64,000 nt of DNA from the NCBI GenBank assembly GCA_040261535.1, contig JBDQNU010000008.1:8322-72321 (forward strand), in the 5' to 3' direction. The position numbers were made by a program, and so were the translations under genes. The notes below the pieces were generated by a model. The model worked only from the letters and a program-made list of their open reading frames with translations, was not told the DNA's origin and made no database searches. Of this stretch, positions 16,579 through 25,576 are shown piece by piece. The DNA is from Poseidonia sp. (GTDB lineage: Archaea > Thermoplasmatota > Poseidoniia > Poseidoniales > Poseidoniaceae). How positions within the stretch are numbered: the stretch's first letter is position 1; each line of letters starts with the position of its first letter.

Positions 16579-19467
16579 ATGACGACGGAATGGCACAACC
16601 TTTCTCCGGAAGACAGCATCGTTCAGCAAGACAGTTCCATGGAAGGAATATCCATGCAGGAAGTCCTCGCTCGAACGCAACGGTACGGCTTGAACAAACT
16701 CGCTGAACCGGAGAAAACGCCAGCGTTTCTGCGGTTTATATCCCAATACAACGACCCGTTAAATTACCTCCTTATCGGGGCGGCTTTGGTGGCTTTGGCC
16801 ATCCACCCTGATCAGCCCGGAGATGCGATTTTCATATTTATCGTGCTCACCGCCAATGCGTTTTTTGGTTTCTGGCAAGAAGGACAAGCGGAGCAAGCAA
16901 TGGATTCCTTGAAACAAATGTCCGTCTCAACATGCGTGGTCATTCGCGGAACGTTCGAAAGCGAAATTGCAACTTCTGAATTGGTTCCAGGCGATATCGT
17001 TTGTTTGGAGCAAGGCCTTAATGTCCCAGCAGACGTACGCATGATTCGCTCACTGCAGTGCAAAATCGACGAATCAGCACTGACCGGCGAGTCCCTTACG
17101 GTTCGCAAAACGATTGAGTCCTTGCCTCCGGAAACGGTCCTTGCGGAACGAACCAACATGGCGTACATGGGCACGACCGTATCGTCCGGTCGAGGTTTAG
17201 GTTTGGTGATCGGCACAGGAATGAACACGGAATTGGGAAAAATCGCTCAAAATCTTGCCGAAAGCACCACGCCGAAAACTCCGCTTGAACTGAAACTTGA
17301 GAGCCTCGGTCGTTTTCTGGGTTTCATCGCCCTTGTCGTCGCCGTTCTGTTGGTCAGTCTGAACTTGATCGTTTCTTACGGTCGGCCCGGTGTTGACCTC
17401 AAGGAGGTCGCCGTGCAGCAATTCATTGTCGCCATCGCTATCTTTGTCGCGATTGTACCCGAAGGCCTTCCGATCATCTTGGTCATCACGCTCTCCCTTG
17501 GAATGCGCAACATGGCCCGTCACAAAGCCATCATCCGTCGCATGAAAGCGGTTGAAACGCTCGGCTCAACCACCGTTATCTGCTCCGACAAAACGGGAAC
17601 ACTGACGAAGAACCAGATGACGGTTCGCCAAATTTTCACCCTCGACGAAGACTTTGGCGTCTCAGGCGAGGGCTTCAAACCCGATGGAAATTTGGTTCGT
17701 CACGGCGTCGAACTCTCTGATGACGATCTTCAAGCCCACCAGTCCGATATGGGTTTTCGCTTGCTCAGTGCTTGTTTGTCACTCTGCCACAATTCAACCA
17801 TTGCCAAAACAGATGGGCTCTGGCAAGCCATCGGTGACCCCACGGATTCGGCCTGCGCCGTTGCTGGTTGGAAAATCAACGGAGATGTGAAGAAATTCGC
17901 GCATCGCCACCCGAGGATCAATGAATTCTTTTTCGATTCAAACCGGAAACGCATGAGCGTTCTCCATGAATACCAAGGAAACCGTTGGGTGTTCTCCAAG
18001 GGCAGCGTAGAAGGCTACGATGAGTTGATGACCTCGAAAATCGTCAACAACGAAGTGGTGCCCTTGACCGATGACGACCGTGCCTCGATTCGGCAAATGA
18101 ACCAATCCATGGGCGGGAAAGCCATGCGTGTCATCGGTTTGTTTGCTCGTCCTTTCGGTAAAGACGAAGATACGAACGACGTGAAAACGGTTGAATCGAA
18201 TTTGGCTTTCCTTGGGTTGATCGGCATCATGGACCCGCCTCGCCCTGAAGTGAAAGACGCGATTGCAACCTGTCAACGAGCCGGCATCAAGGTGAAAATG
18301 ATCACCGGTGACCAGCAAATGACGGCTGCCGCTATCGGCAAAGAATTGGATATTGAATCCGGCACACTGGGTGCACTCGACGGGCAAAGCCTTACCGACA
18401 TGTCGGACGAAGAGCTGGTCAATGTATCGGCCAACGTTTCAATTTACGCTCGCGTAACCCCGGACCAAAAAATGCGCATTGTTTCATCGCTTCAAGAGCA
18501 AGGCGAAATCGTTGCCATGACCGGTGACGGTGTGAACGATGCACCTGCACTTTCAGGCGCAAACATTGGTATCGCCATGGGCATATCCGGTACGGACGTT
18601 GCGAAAGACGCTGCTGACATGGTTTTGCAGGATGATAATTTTGCAAACATTGTTCATGCCGTGGAGGAAGGTCGCAAAATCTACCAGAACATTCGCAATT
18701 TTGTTCGCTACCAGGTCTCTACCAACGTGGCCGCCGTCTTGCTCCTGATCTTGGCCACCATTCTTTTCGGGCCCGAATCCATCCCGTTAACAGCAACCCA
18801 GATTCTTGTGATCAACATCTTGATGGACGGCCCTCCAGCGGTTGCGTTGGGGGTTGAAAAGAAACACGGGAACGTCATGAACCGACCGCCGAGACCGGTT
18901 GACGAAAATCTACCAAACGGAAGAGACATCTCCTTGATTTTCTACCTCGGCATCGTCATGGTCACGGGCACCCTCGCCATCTTTTACCTCGCTGGCGGAG
19001 GTTTGGCAGAATGCGAGATTCTGCCGACAGAAACCGCTACCACCGCCTTTGATGTCGCTGCCTGCAACGCAGGGGATGTTGAGGAATTGAACAAATGGCA
19101 GGTTTACGCGGACGGTCATTTTGCTCATGCGCAAACGATGACCTTCTCGGTGTTCATCGTCTTCCAATTGTTCAACGTTCTCAATTGCCGATCAAACGAC
19201 CAATCCGTTTTCGAGTTGGGTTTGTTTTCAAACCGAGCCATTAACCTCGCCTTGCTGATTTCAGGTGGCTTGTTGTTCTTCTTCGTCCAACTGGCGGATG
19301 CTTCCATCCCGCTTGTTGGTATTCAGGTGGGCAACTTGCTCTCGACGACCACCCTTTCTTCTAGCGATTGGACCGTCGTGGTGCTCGTCGCCTCCGCCGT
19401 CTTCATCATCGAGGAATTTCGAAAACTGCTCGTAAAATCGAAATTTTTTGCCGTTCGAACCTCATGA
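16579..19467 (+). CDS. cation-transporting P-type ATPase, type IIA-like (probably Ca2+)
   Basis: TGES, VPEGLP, CSDKTGTLT, MITGD and TGDGVNDAPAL motifs are present. Length is 962 aa. Confidence 0.85.
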   Translation: MTTEWHNLSPEDSIVQQDSSMEGISMQEVLARTQRYGLNKLAEPEKTPAFLRFISQYNDPLNYLLIGAALVALAIHPDQPGDAIFIFIVLTANAFFGFWQEGQAEQAMDSLKQMSVSTCVVIRGTFESEIATSELVPGDIVCLEQGLNVPADVRMIRSLQCKIDESALTGESLTVRKTIESLPPETVLAERTNMAYMGTTVSSGRGLGLVIGTGMNTELGKIAQNLAESTTPKTPLELKLESLGRFLGFIALVVAVLLVSLNLIVSYGRPGVDLKEVAVQQFIVAIAIFVAIVPEGLPIILVITLSLGMRNMARHKAIIRRMKAVETLGSTTVICSDKTGTLTKNQMTVRQIFTLDEDFGVSGEGFKPDGNLVRHGVELSDDDLQAHQSDMGFRLLSACLSLCHNSTIAKTDGLWQAIGDPTDSACAVAGWKINGDVKKFAHRHPRINEFFFDSNRKRMSVLHEYQGNRWVFSKGSVEGYDELMTSKIVNNEVVPLTDDDRASIRQMNQSMGGKAMRVIGLFARPFGKDEDTNDVKTVESNLAFLGLIGIMDPPRPEVKDAIATCQRAGIKVKMITGDQQMTAAAIGKELDIESGTLGALDGQSLTDMSDEELVNVSANVSIYARVTPDQKMRIVSSLQEQGEIVAMTGDGVNDAPALSGANIGIAMGISGTDVAKDAADMVLQDDNFANIVHAVEEGRKIYQNIRNFVRYQVSTNVAAVLLLILATILFGPESIPLTATQILVINILMDGPPAVALGVEKKHGNVMNRPPRPVDENLPNGRDISLIFYLGIVMVTGTLAIFYLAGGGLAECEILPTETATTAFDVAACNAGDVEELNKWQVYADGHFAHAQTMTFSVFIVFQLFNVLNCRSNDQSVFELGLFSNRAINLALLISGGLLFFFVQLADASIPLVGIQVGNLLSTTTLSSSDWTVVVLVASAVFIIEEFRKLLVKSKFFAVRTS

Positions 19468-19512
19468 TGGTTCTAAGCACATCTTCATGAACACCGGCTT
19501 GCTCAGAAAGCC

Positions 19513-20721
19513 ATGGAAGCCTTGAGGGTGCCTCAACCGCTCGCAGGGGAATCCCCTGAGTGGTTGTCAAACCTTGATGCCCTCCTGGAGAGACAGGGTG
19601 GCTGGTCAACGGCGTTGCATGGCATCATCACCAAACTCAAATTCAACACTCCCCTTACGGTTGAGGATGGTCTGACACTTTACCACCATCCGAACCTCTC
19701 CGAGGTTGGTGCCCTCGCCAATGCGGTTCGCACAGCGCGATTCGGACGGCAAGCCTTCTTCAATTCAAACGTGCACATCAATCAGACCAACGTGTGTGTG
19801 CTGGCGTGCCGATTTTGCGCTTTTCGTCGTGGGCCAAAGGCCAAGGATGCGTACGCAATGAGCGTGACTGAATATGTAGAGGACCTGGGGAAATATGCCC
19901 ACGCCGTGGATGAAGTGCATTCCGTGGGCGGACTTCACCCGGAGTGGGATGTTTCTCACTACGAACAGATGTTTCGTGAAACCCGTTCCGCCTATCCTCA
20001 TGTATCGATCAAAGCCCTCACGGCGGTTGAGATCAAACATCTTGGCCAACGCTCCCAAATCACCACCAAAACCGTTCTCCAGCGGCTAAAAGATGCAGGC
20101 CTCACATCGTTGCCTGGTGGAGGAGCAGAAATCCTCGATGACGATGTGCGAGCGATCATCTGCAACGGGAAGGAAAGCTCGGAAGAATACCTTCGCATTC
20201 ATCAAGAAGCCCACGAGGTTGGTCTGCCGTCGAACTGCACGATGCTCTTTGGGACCGTTGAAACGCTTGAACAGCGTCTTCAGCACATGATTTCGCTTCG
20301 GGAACTTCAAGCAAAAACGTCTGGATTCCAATGCTTTGTGCCCTACCCTTTCCTGCCCGATCACACCCGTCTCCCCGAAGCCCAACTCGCATCCGGGACC
20401 GAAATCCTGCGAACGATCGCCGTTTCTCGTCTTCTCCTCAACAACATTCCCCACATCAAAGCCTACCGAATGAACATCGGCGATCACGTTGCGGAACTCG
20501 CCCTACAATACGGAGCGGATGATATCGACGGCACCGTGCAAAAAGAGTCGATCATGCATCTTGCCGGTTCTACTGCACCGCTCGACCATGACCGTTCCCG
20601 TCTTGCACGCCTCATCCGTGATGCAGGTTGTGAACCTGTGCAACGGAACACCGTTTACTCAACCTTCACGCCTTACACGGCACCTGAACCAACCCACCGC
20701 CGCCTTCGGATGGCACAATGA
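19513..20721 (+). CDS. radical SAM enzyme of the futalosine pathway (MqnC/MqnE family; the two cannot be distinguished by eye)
   Basis: The NQTNVCVLACRFCAF Cys cluster is present, with CofH/MqnC/MqnE-like length and layout. It lies directly upstream of mqnA and mqnD. Confidence 0.75.
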   Translation: MEALRVPQPLAGESPEWLSNLDALLERQGGWSTALHGIITKLKFNTPLTVEDGLTLYHHPNLSEVGALANAVRTARFGRQAFFNSNVHINQTNVCVLACRFCAFRRGPKAKDAYAMSVTEYVEDLGKYAHAVDEVHSVGGLHPEWDVSHYEQMFRETRSAYPHVSIKALTAVEIKHLGQRSQITTKTVLQRLKDAGLTSLPGGGAEILDDDVRAIICNGKESSEEYLRIHQEAHEVGLPSNCTMLFGTVETLEQRLQHMISLRELQAKTSGFQCFVPYPFLPDHTRLPEAQLASGTEILRTIAVSRLLLNNIPHIKAYRMNIGDHVAELALQYGADDIDGTVQKESIMHLAGSTAPLDHDRSRLARLIRDAGCEPVQRNTVYSTFTPYTAPEPTHRRLRMAQ

Positions 20722-20730
20722 GGTGGTACG

Positions 20731-21531
20731 ATGGAACAACCCACTTGGCTCTCGACCATCGGACGGGTGGCGTTCATCAACTGCGACCCCCTTTTCCACG
20801 GGTTGTCCCCCCGGTGGAATGTCCTTGCAGCTCCACCGTCTTGGTTGACCGGGCACGTGCTGCGAAAGGATTGCATTCTGGCGCCCATTCCCGCCGCTGA
20901 TTACGCAAAACATGCCGATGAACTCCTGTTGTTGCCGGACATCGGCATCGGAAGTCAAGGTGAGGTCGGGAGCGTCCTTTTGTTTGGAGCCATTTCCCTC
21001 GATGCGATGAAAACGATTGCTTTACCCTCCGATTCAGCAACGTCCGTGGCCTTGTTGAAGCACCTCGTTTCAAAACGCGAAATGGACATGAATTACGTTG
21101 ATACGGGTCCCGATTACGAGGCCATGATGTCCCTTGCTGACGGCGCTCTCTTGATCGGCGACCGAGCATTGGAAGCAGCGAGGGAGTTTCCTGAAATGGT
21201 CCAATTGGACCTCGGAAAGGCCTGGATGGAACTGGAGGGTCTGCCGATGATTTTCGGTGTCTTCGTCGCTCGCAGAGATACCCCTGTTGAGGCCCTCCAA
21301 CAGGCCCATCTTGCCTTGGTTGAGAATTTGGCTGCGTTTGAGAACGGTGGTCAACGACGAGAGGAGGTTATCGCCGGGTCAATGGAAAAATCCGGTCTTG
21401 CTTACGAACGTCTCAACCAATACTACGGCGAGGTATTCAATCGGCTTGACGACCATCATTTGGAAGGATTGTTTCGGTTTCTTTCGGAAGCCTGTAAGAT
21501 GGGGACATCCCCAGAGTTTGCACCGATTTGA
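20731..21531 (+). CDS. mqnA: chorismate dehydratase MqnA-like (periplasmic-binding-protein fold)
   Basis: IGRVAFINCDPLFHGL...IPAADY...ALLIGDRAL matches my recollection of the MqnA (DUF178) pattern. The operon context is mqnC/E and mqnD. Confidence 0.7.
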   Translation: MEQPTWLSTIGRVAFINCDPLFHGLSPRWNVLAAPPSWLTGHVLRKDCILAPIPAADYAKHADELLLLPDIGIGSQGEVGSVLLFGAISLDAMKTIALPSDSATSVALLKHLVSKREMDMNYVDTGPDYEAMMSLADGALLIGDRALEAAREFPEMVQLDLGKAWMELEGLPMIFGVFVARRDTPVEALQQAHLALVENLAAFENGGQRREEVIAGSMEKSGLAYERLNQYYGEVFNRLDDHHLEGLFRFLSEACKMGTSPEFAPI

Positions 21532-21590
21532 CCGGGCTTGTTTCAATTTTACAACGGTTGGTTCTTGAAGGGGCTGCGTTTGGAAGAGGC

Positions 21591-22469
21591 ATGGTGGTTG
21601 AACTCCCTCTTGACCTGGAAGGCAACAAAATCGTACGAATTGGCCACAGTCCCGACCCGGATGACGCGTTCATGTTTCACGCCATGACCACCGGCGCCTT
21701 CCCGACGCCCGGGTACACCTTCGTTCACGAACTGCAAGATATCGAAACCCTCAATCATCGAGCGATGAATCAGGATCTCGAGGTTTCTGCTGTTTCCATT
21801 CACGCCTATCCGGACATCGCCGAACATTACGCATTGATGAACTGCGGAGCTTCAATGGGCGAGGGCTACGGCCCCATGGTGGTGTGCAAGCAAGGGGTCA
21901 CTGAGGCCGAGGCAAAGGCGGGTGTCATCGCTGTCCCGGGCTTGAAAACCAGCGCCTACCTCGGACTCCGGTTGGCGTGGGGAGACGTTAACGTGGCCGT
22001 TGTCCCCTTTGACGAAATCATCCCACGAATCCTCGACGGAACCTACATGAGCGGACTCATCATTCACGAAGGTCAACTCACCTATGTGGACCACGACTTG
22101 GATGTTCTGGTCGATCTCGGAAAGTGGTGGAACGGCAGAACAGAAAATTGGCCGATGCCACTTGGTGGAAACGTGGTTCGCCGGGATTTGGGTGAGGACG
22201 TAATGCAGGACATCACCAAATACACCAAAATGAGCATCGAATATGCTCTCAAATCCCCCGACGAAGCACTCGAGTTCGCCAAAGCCTGGGGAAGGGGTAT
22301 TGATGATGAAACCAATCAAGCCTTTGTCAGCATGTACGTCAACGACCGGACCATTGACTACCGAGATGAAGGGCGGAAATCCATCCAGCTCTTCATCAAG
22401 GAAGGCCAACAGATTGGCCTCATCCGAGAGGATTTTGACACGGATTCCATGGTCTTCATTGGCGCTTGA
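21591..22469 (+). CDS. mqnD: 1,4-dihydroxy-6-naphthoate synthase MqnD
   Basis: IGHSPDPDDAFMFHAM, LQDIETLN and VSAVSIHAY are signatures. The start was trimmed from 21528 to the Met at 21591, and either is possible. Confidence 0.8.
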   Translation: MVVELPLDLEGNKIVRIGHSPDPDDAFMFHAMTTGAFPTPGYTFVHELQDIETLNHRAMNQDLEVSAVSIHAYPDIAEHYALMNCGASMGEGYGPMVVCKQGVTEAEAKAGVIAVPGLKTSAYLGLRLAWGDVNVAVVPFDEIIPRILDGTYMSGLIIHEGQLTYVDHDLDVLVDLGKWWNGRTENWPMPLGGNVVRRDLGEDVMQDITKYTKMSIEYALKSPDEALEFAKAWGRGIDDETNQAFVSMYVNDRTIDYRDEGRKSIQLFIKEGQQIGLIREDFDTDSMVFIGA

Positions 22470-22478
22470 GGGATTTTC

Positions 22479-22967
22479 GTGGACGGTGACTCACCTCGCC
22501 CCCAAGTCAGTCAATACGGGTCGGTTGACCCGGCCCCTCCTGAACAAAGCGGCGAACTCCAGTCTTGGACCGGAACCCTGTGCGATGAACAACAACCGAT
22601 GTTCCAACGCATGCGCGCCGTGTTTGCATTACGCAATCACAGCAGCGATGAAGCCTGTCTTGCCCTTTGCAAGGGCTTTAACAGCGAGAGCGCCCTGCTT
22701 CGCCATGAAATTGCCTATGTTCTTGGTCAAATGCAAAACCCGGTTGCCCTTCCAACGTTGATTCAACGCCTCGAGGACGAACACGAACACGTCATGGTGC
22801 GCCATGAAGCGGCCGAGGCGATGGGTGCCATCGGTGATCGTTCGGTGATTCCTGTTCTCCAACGTTTCACCTCCGACTCCCTCCCCGAGGTTGCAGAATC
22901 GTGCGTTGTTGCACTCGATCTGCTGGCTTGGGTGCAGCGAGCGGAATTTGCTGAAACCGAGTGGTAA
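22479..22967 (+). CDS. HEAT-repeat protein resembling one lobe (half) of deoxyhypusine hydroxylase
   Basis: There are two His-Glu HEAT motifs, ALLRHEIAYVLGQMQ and VMVRHEAAEAMGAIG, plus MFQRMRAVFALRN and an N-terminal YGSVDPAPP. GTG start lies 9 nt after the mqnD stop. Length is 162 aa. Confidence 0.6.
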   Translation: MDGDSPRPQVSQYGSVDPAPPEQSGELQSWTGTLCDEQQPMFQRMRAVFALRNHSSDEACLALCKGFNSESALLRHEIAYVLGQMQNPVALPTLIQRLEDEHEHVMVRHEAAEAMGAIGDRSVIPVLQRFTSDSLPEVAESCVVALDLLAWVQRAEFAETEW

Positions 22968-23014
22968 GCGACCTCAAGTTCAAAGACTAGGATGGATTGC
23001 CAAGAGATGGAAGG

Positions 23015-23230
23015 ATGTCCATGCCTCACGACCACATTCAACTTGCCCAAGCTCCAAACGGCGAACTTGGCCCACGCTGCCACAATTGCGGCGTGAGATT
23101 GACGTTTGGCAACGCCATGGTCGTTGACAAGTACTACATGTGCTGGGAGCACTATGTTGAAGCGACCGGAGCTGACACCTCCACCGAAGTCGCTCAAGCC
23201 GACGAACGCTTCTGGATGAAGCAGGAATAG
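23015..23230 (+). CDS. hypothetical small protein with a putative zinc finger
   Basis: The 71-aa product contains CHNCG-x19-CWEH. It ends 53 nt upstream of priS on the same strand. An alternative TTG start is at 22997. Confidence 0.35.
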   Translation: MSMPHDHIQLAQAPNGELGPRCHNCGVRLTFGNAMVVDKYYMCWEHYVEATGADTSTEVAQADERFWMKQE

Positions 23231-23283
23231 AACGGTCGCCTTCAAGAACCCTCAACCATCAGTTACGGTCGGGGACGACGGCC

Positions 23284-24480
23284 GTGAGTGGATGGGCGAA
23301 GGTAGCGCACCGGTTTGGCCAATATTATCGGCACGCCTCGTTGTGGTCACCCCCTCGCATTCGAACGCGAGAATGGATGTTCATCCCGTTTGGTGGCGCT
23401 CCTCCTCTCCGACACAAGTCGTTTTCTGATGTTGGGCAGGTACAGCGCTTTCTTTCTGAAAGGGCCATGCACTCGTGTTTCTACTCAACGGCATATTGGC
23501 GGCGTCCGCATGAGTTGAAAATGGCTGATAAACTCTGGCAGGGAGCCGATTTGATTTTTGATTTGGACGGCGACCACCTCCCCGGCGTGACGGACAAAGA
23601 TTTCCCTGGTATGCTTGAGGTCATTCAGGACCAAGCATGGACGCTTTGGAACGATTTCTTGGAGCCCGAGTTCGGCTTTCAAGAAAAGCACCTCCAGGTG
23701 ACGTTTTCTGGACATCGAGGATTCCATTTACATTACCGAGACCCGCGCCTGTTTCACTTGGATTCGGAGGCCCGCAGAGAACTGGTATCGCACATTCGTG
23801 GCGAAGGCGTTGATGTGCAAGGCGGTTTGGCCCGGTACCACGATGCTGATGCACGAGGTTGGACCGAGCGCATTCGGAACGGCATGGACGACATGATCGT
23901 CACATTGCGCAACATTCACCGAGGTACCGAAGACGGACACGGTCAACTGGCACGTCTCGAATCGGCGCTTCAATCCCTCCAAGACCGCGAAGGCGTCACT
24001 TCACAACGCTCGGCGTCCGCCATCAAACGTCTTGCAGAATTGACCGACCACGATGGGCGAATACAACGCCTGAAAGACGGGCGTTTTGATGTCCTCGGGA
24101 ACTACCAAGGCTTGTTTCTGAACCTCTTGAAGGCGGATGCTTCGGTCGTTCTCGGCAATGCAGGGGAAACCGATGAAGTGGTCACCATCGATGTCCGCCG
24201 TCAAATCCGGTGGCCAACGTCCCTCCACGGCAAATCGGGTATGCGCGTGAGTGAATTCCCCCTCGCAAGACTCGACCCCGATGGAGGCCAAGCCTACAAT
24301 CCGCTGCAGGAGGCCTTCGTCCTCGGTATGGACGACGCACACGAGATGGAATGGACGGTCGATGATGCGATTGCACAATTTGGAGAACACCGGCTTGAGA
24401 GCCAAAAAGGAGAGCGATTTTCCATCCATGAATCCGGTGCAACCTTCCTCGTTCTGAAGGGATGGGCGGCCTTCGTCTGA
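23284..24480 (+). CDS. priS: DNA primase small (catalytic) subunit PriS
   Basis: REWMFIPFGG...RHKSF, FYSTAYW, GADLIFDLDGDH and SGHRGFHL are AEP primase motifs. Apparent GTG start. Confidence 0.85.
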   Translation: MSGWAKVAHRFGQYYRHASLWSPPRIRTREWMFIPFGGAPPLRHKSFSDVGQVQRFLSERAMHSCFYSTAYWRRPHELKMADKLWQGADLIFDLDGDHLPGVTDKDFPGMLEVIQDQAWTLWNDFLEPEFGFQEKHLQVTFSGHRGFHLHYRDPRLFHLDSEARRELVSHIRGEGVDVQGGLARYHDADARGWTERIRNGMDDMIVTLRNIHRGTEDGHGQLARLESALQSLQDREGVTSQRSASAIKRLAELTDHDGRIQRLKDGRFDVLGNYQGLFLNLLKADASVVLGNAGETDEVVTIDVRRQIRWPTSLHGKSGMRVSEFPLARLDPDGGQAYNPLQEAFVLGMDDAHEMEWTVDDAIAQFGEHRLESQKGERFSIHESGATFLVLKGWAAFV

Positions 24481-24495
24481 GGCCGTCCGCAGTGC

Positions 24496-24525
24496 ATGCA
24501 ATACCCTTTCCATCAATTGCATTTT
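24496..24525 (+). terminator. hairpin plus T-run after priS
   Basis: atgcaat-(13 nt)-attgcat is followed by ttt. It begins 16 nt after the priS stop. Confidence 0.3.
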
Positions 24526-24575
24526 GAGGTAAGGTTCAAGGGTGGTTTCTTCCCCCTTGGGACGAGGTGAGGGTC

Positions 24576-25571
24576 ATGGGTCTGCGACGAGGGAAGAAAA
24601 GCAAGGCCGCAGACACCCCTCTCCCGATGCCGAATCTACCCCCTCCCGGGGACCTACCGGCACCTCTCCCACTTCCGCCAGGTGGTGCCCTTCCTCCATT
24701 GCCCGGTGCTCTGCCCGCTCCCGTTCCTGCCCCAGTTCCTGCACCGCTGCCAGCACCCGTTGAGGCCAATCCTCTCCCTCCCGCACCGCTTCCAGAGGCC
24801 CCCGTGCCCGTTAACGACCCAAACACCACGCTCTCCGGGCTGGCTGAAGAGAAAGGGTACAACGAACTCTGGGCCAAACGCTCCGAAAAACCGTTGCAAC
24901 AAATCTACGGACACATCGACCGAATCAGCAACAAGGAAGCCGGCTCGTTGTTGGACCGGTATGCAGACCGCTTTGGACACTCGCTTGACCGAGAGATCAT
25001 CGTTATGCGGAAAGCAGCGGTTGAAGAAAAAGTTGCTGAGATACGTGATGCCCCGACGGTTGAACTCATTGAGGATGAACCTGGCGAAGGCATAACGGAA
25101 CTTGAGCGGGTTGAAAATGAACTCCGTGCACTCAAACCGCTTTACCAGGAGGCCAAAGCTCTCGGCGACAAAGAGACGCTCGCCGAACTCACCCCGGCTC
25201 TCCAAACCCTCATGGCTCAACGGAAGGCGCTGAAGTCTCAGGGCGAAAGCGGTCCCGCCGAGCCAACAACGGCCGTTGCTGCTTCGGACGAAGATGACAT
25301 GTTCGTTCAGTTCGTCGCCATCGTTGATGATTTGCTGGGTGAGCATCTGCCCGAAGAGATCGTCAATGCATTCGTCGCTAGCCCTGAATTTGACACCTAC
25401 AGAGAGGTGCTCGCAAACCCAGCTGGTGTTGACGAATCTACTCGTTCGACCTTTTGCAACATGGTCGATGACCAACTTGGAAACATGTTCCCTGAATCCA
25501 TTGAGGCGTTTATCGCTTCACCTGAATTTGAGATTTATCGCCAAGTAGGCGAGCAGTACAAGGATGCGTGA
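24576..25571 (+). CDS. hypothetical protein: Pro-rich N-terminus, coiled-coil centre, duplicated C-terminal SPEF motif
   Basis: The N-terminus is MGLRRGKKSK followed by about 80 aa of (L/V)P(A/P) repeats. The C-terminus has two copies of VDDxLGxxxPExIxAFxASPEFxxYRxV. No family recognised. Confidence 0.6.
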   Translation: MGLRRGKKSKAADTPLPMPNLPPPGDLPAPLPLPPGGALPPLPGALPAPVPAPVPAPLPAPVEANPLPPAPLPEAPVPVNDPNTTLSGLAEEKGYNELWAKRSEKPLQQIYGHIDRISNKEAGSLLDRYADRFGHSLDREIIVMRKAAVEEKVAEIRDAPTVELIEDEPGEGITELERVENELRALKPLYQEAKALGDKETLAELTPALQTLMAQRKALKSQGESGPAEPTTAVAASDEDDMFVQFVAIVDDLLGEHLPEEIVNAFVASPEFDTYREVLANPAGVDESTRSTFCNMVDDQLGNMFPESIEAFIASPEFEIYRQVGEQYKDA

Positions 25572-25576
25572 AAACC

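Noticed and set aside
16579-19467. The idea that the P-type ATPase and the EF-hand protein form one Ca2+ system
   Set aside because: They are 26 kb apart with unrelated operons between them, so there is no positional evidence. The link is mentioned only as context in the EF-hand finding.
24630-24830. CCN-rich repetitive DNA
   Set aside because: It encodes the (L/V)P(A/P) N-terminal repeats of the 24576..25571 protein. It is not an independent repeat element.
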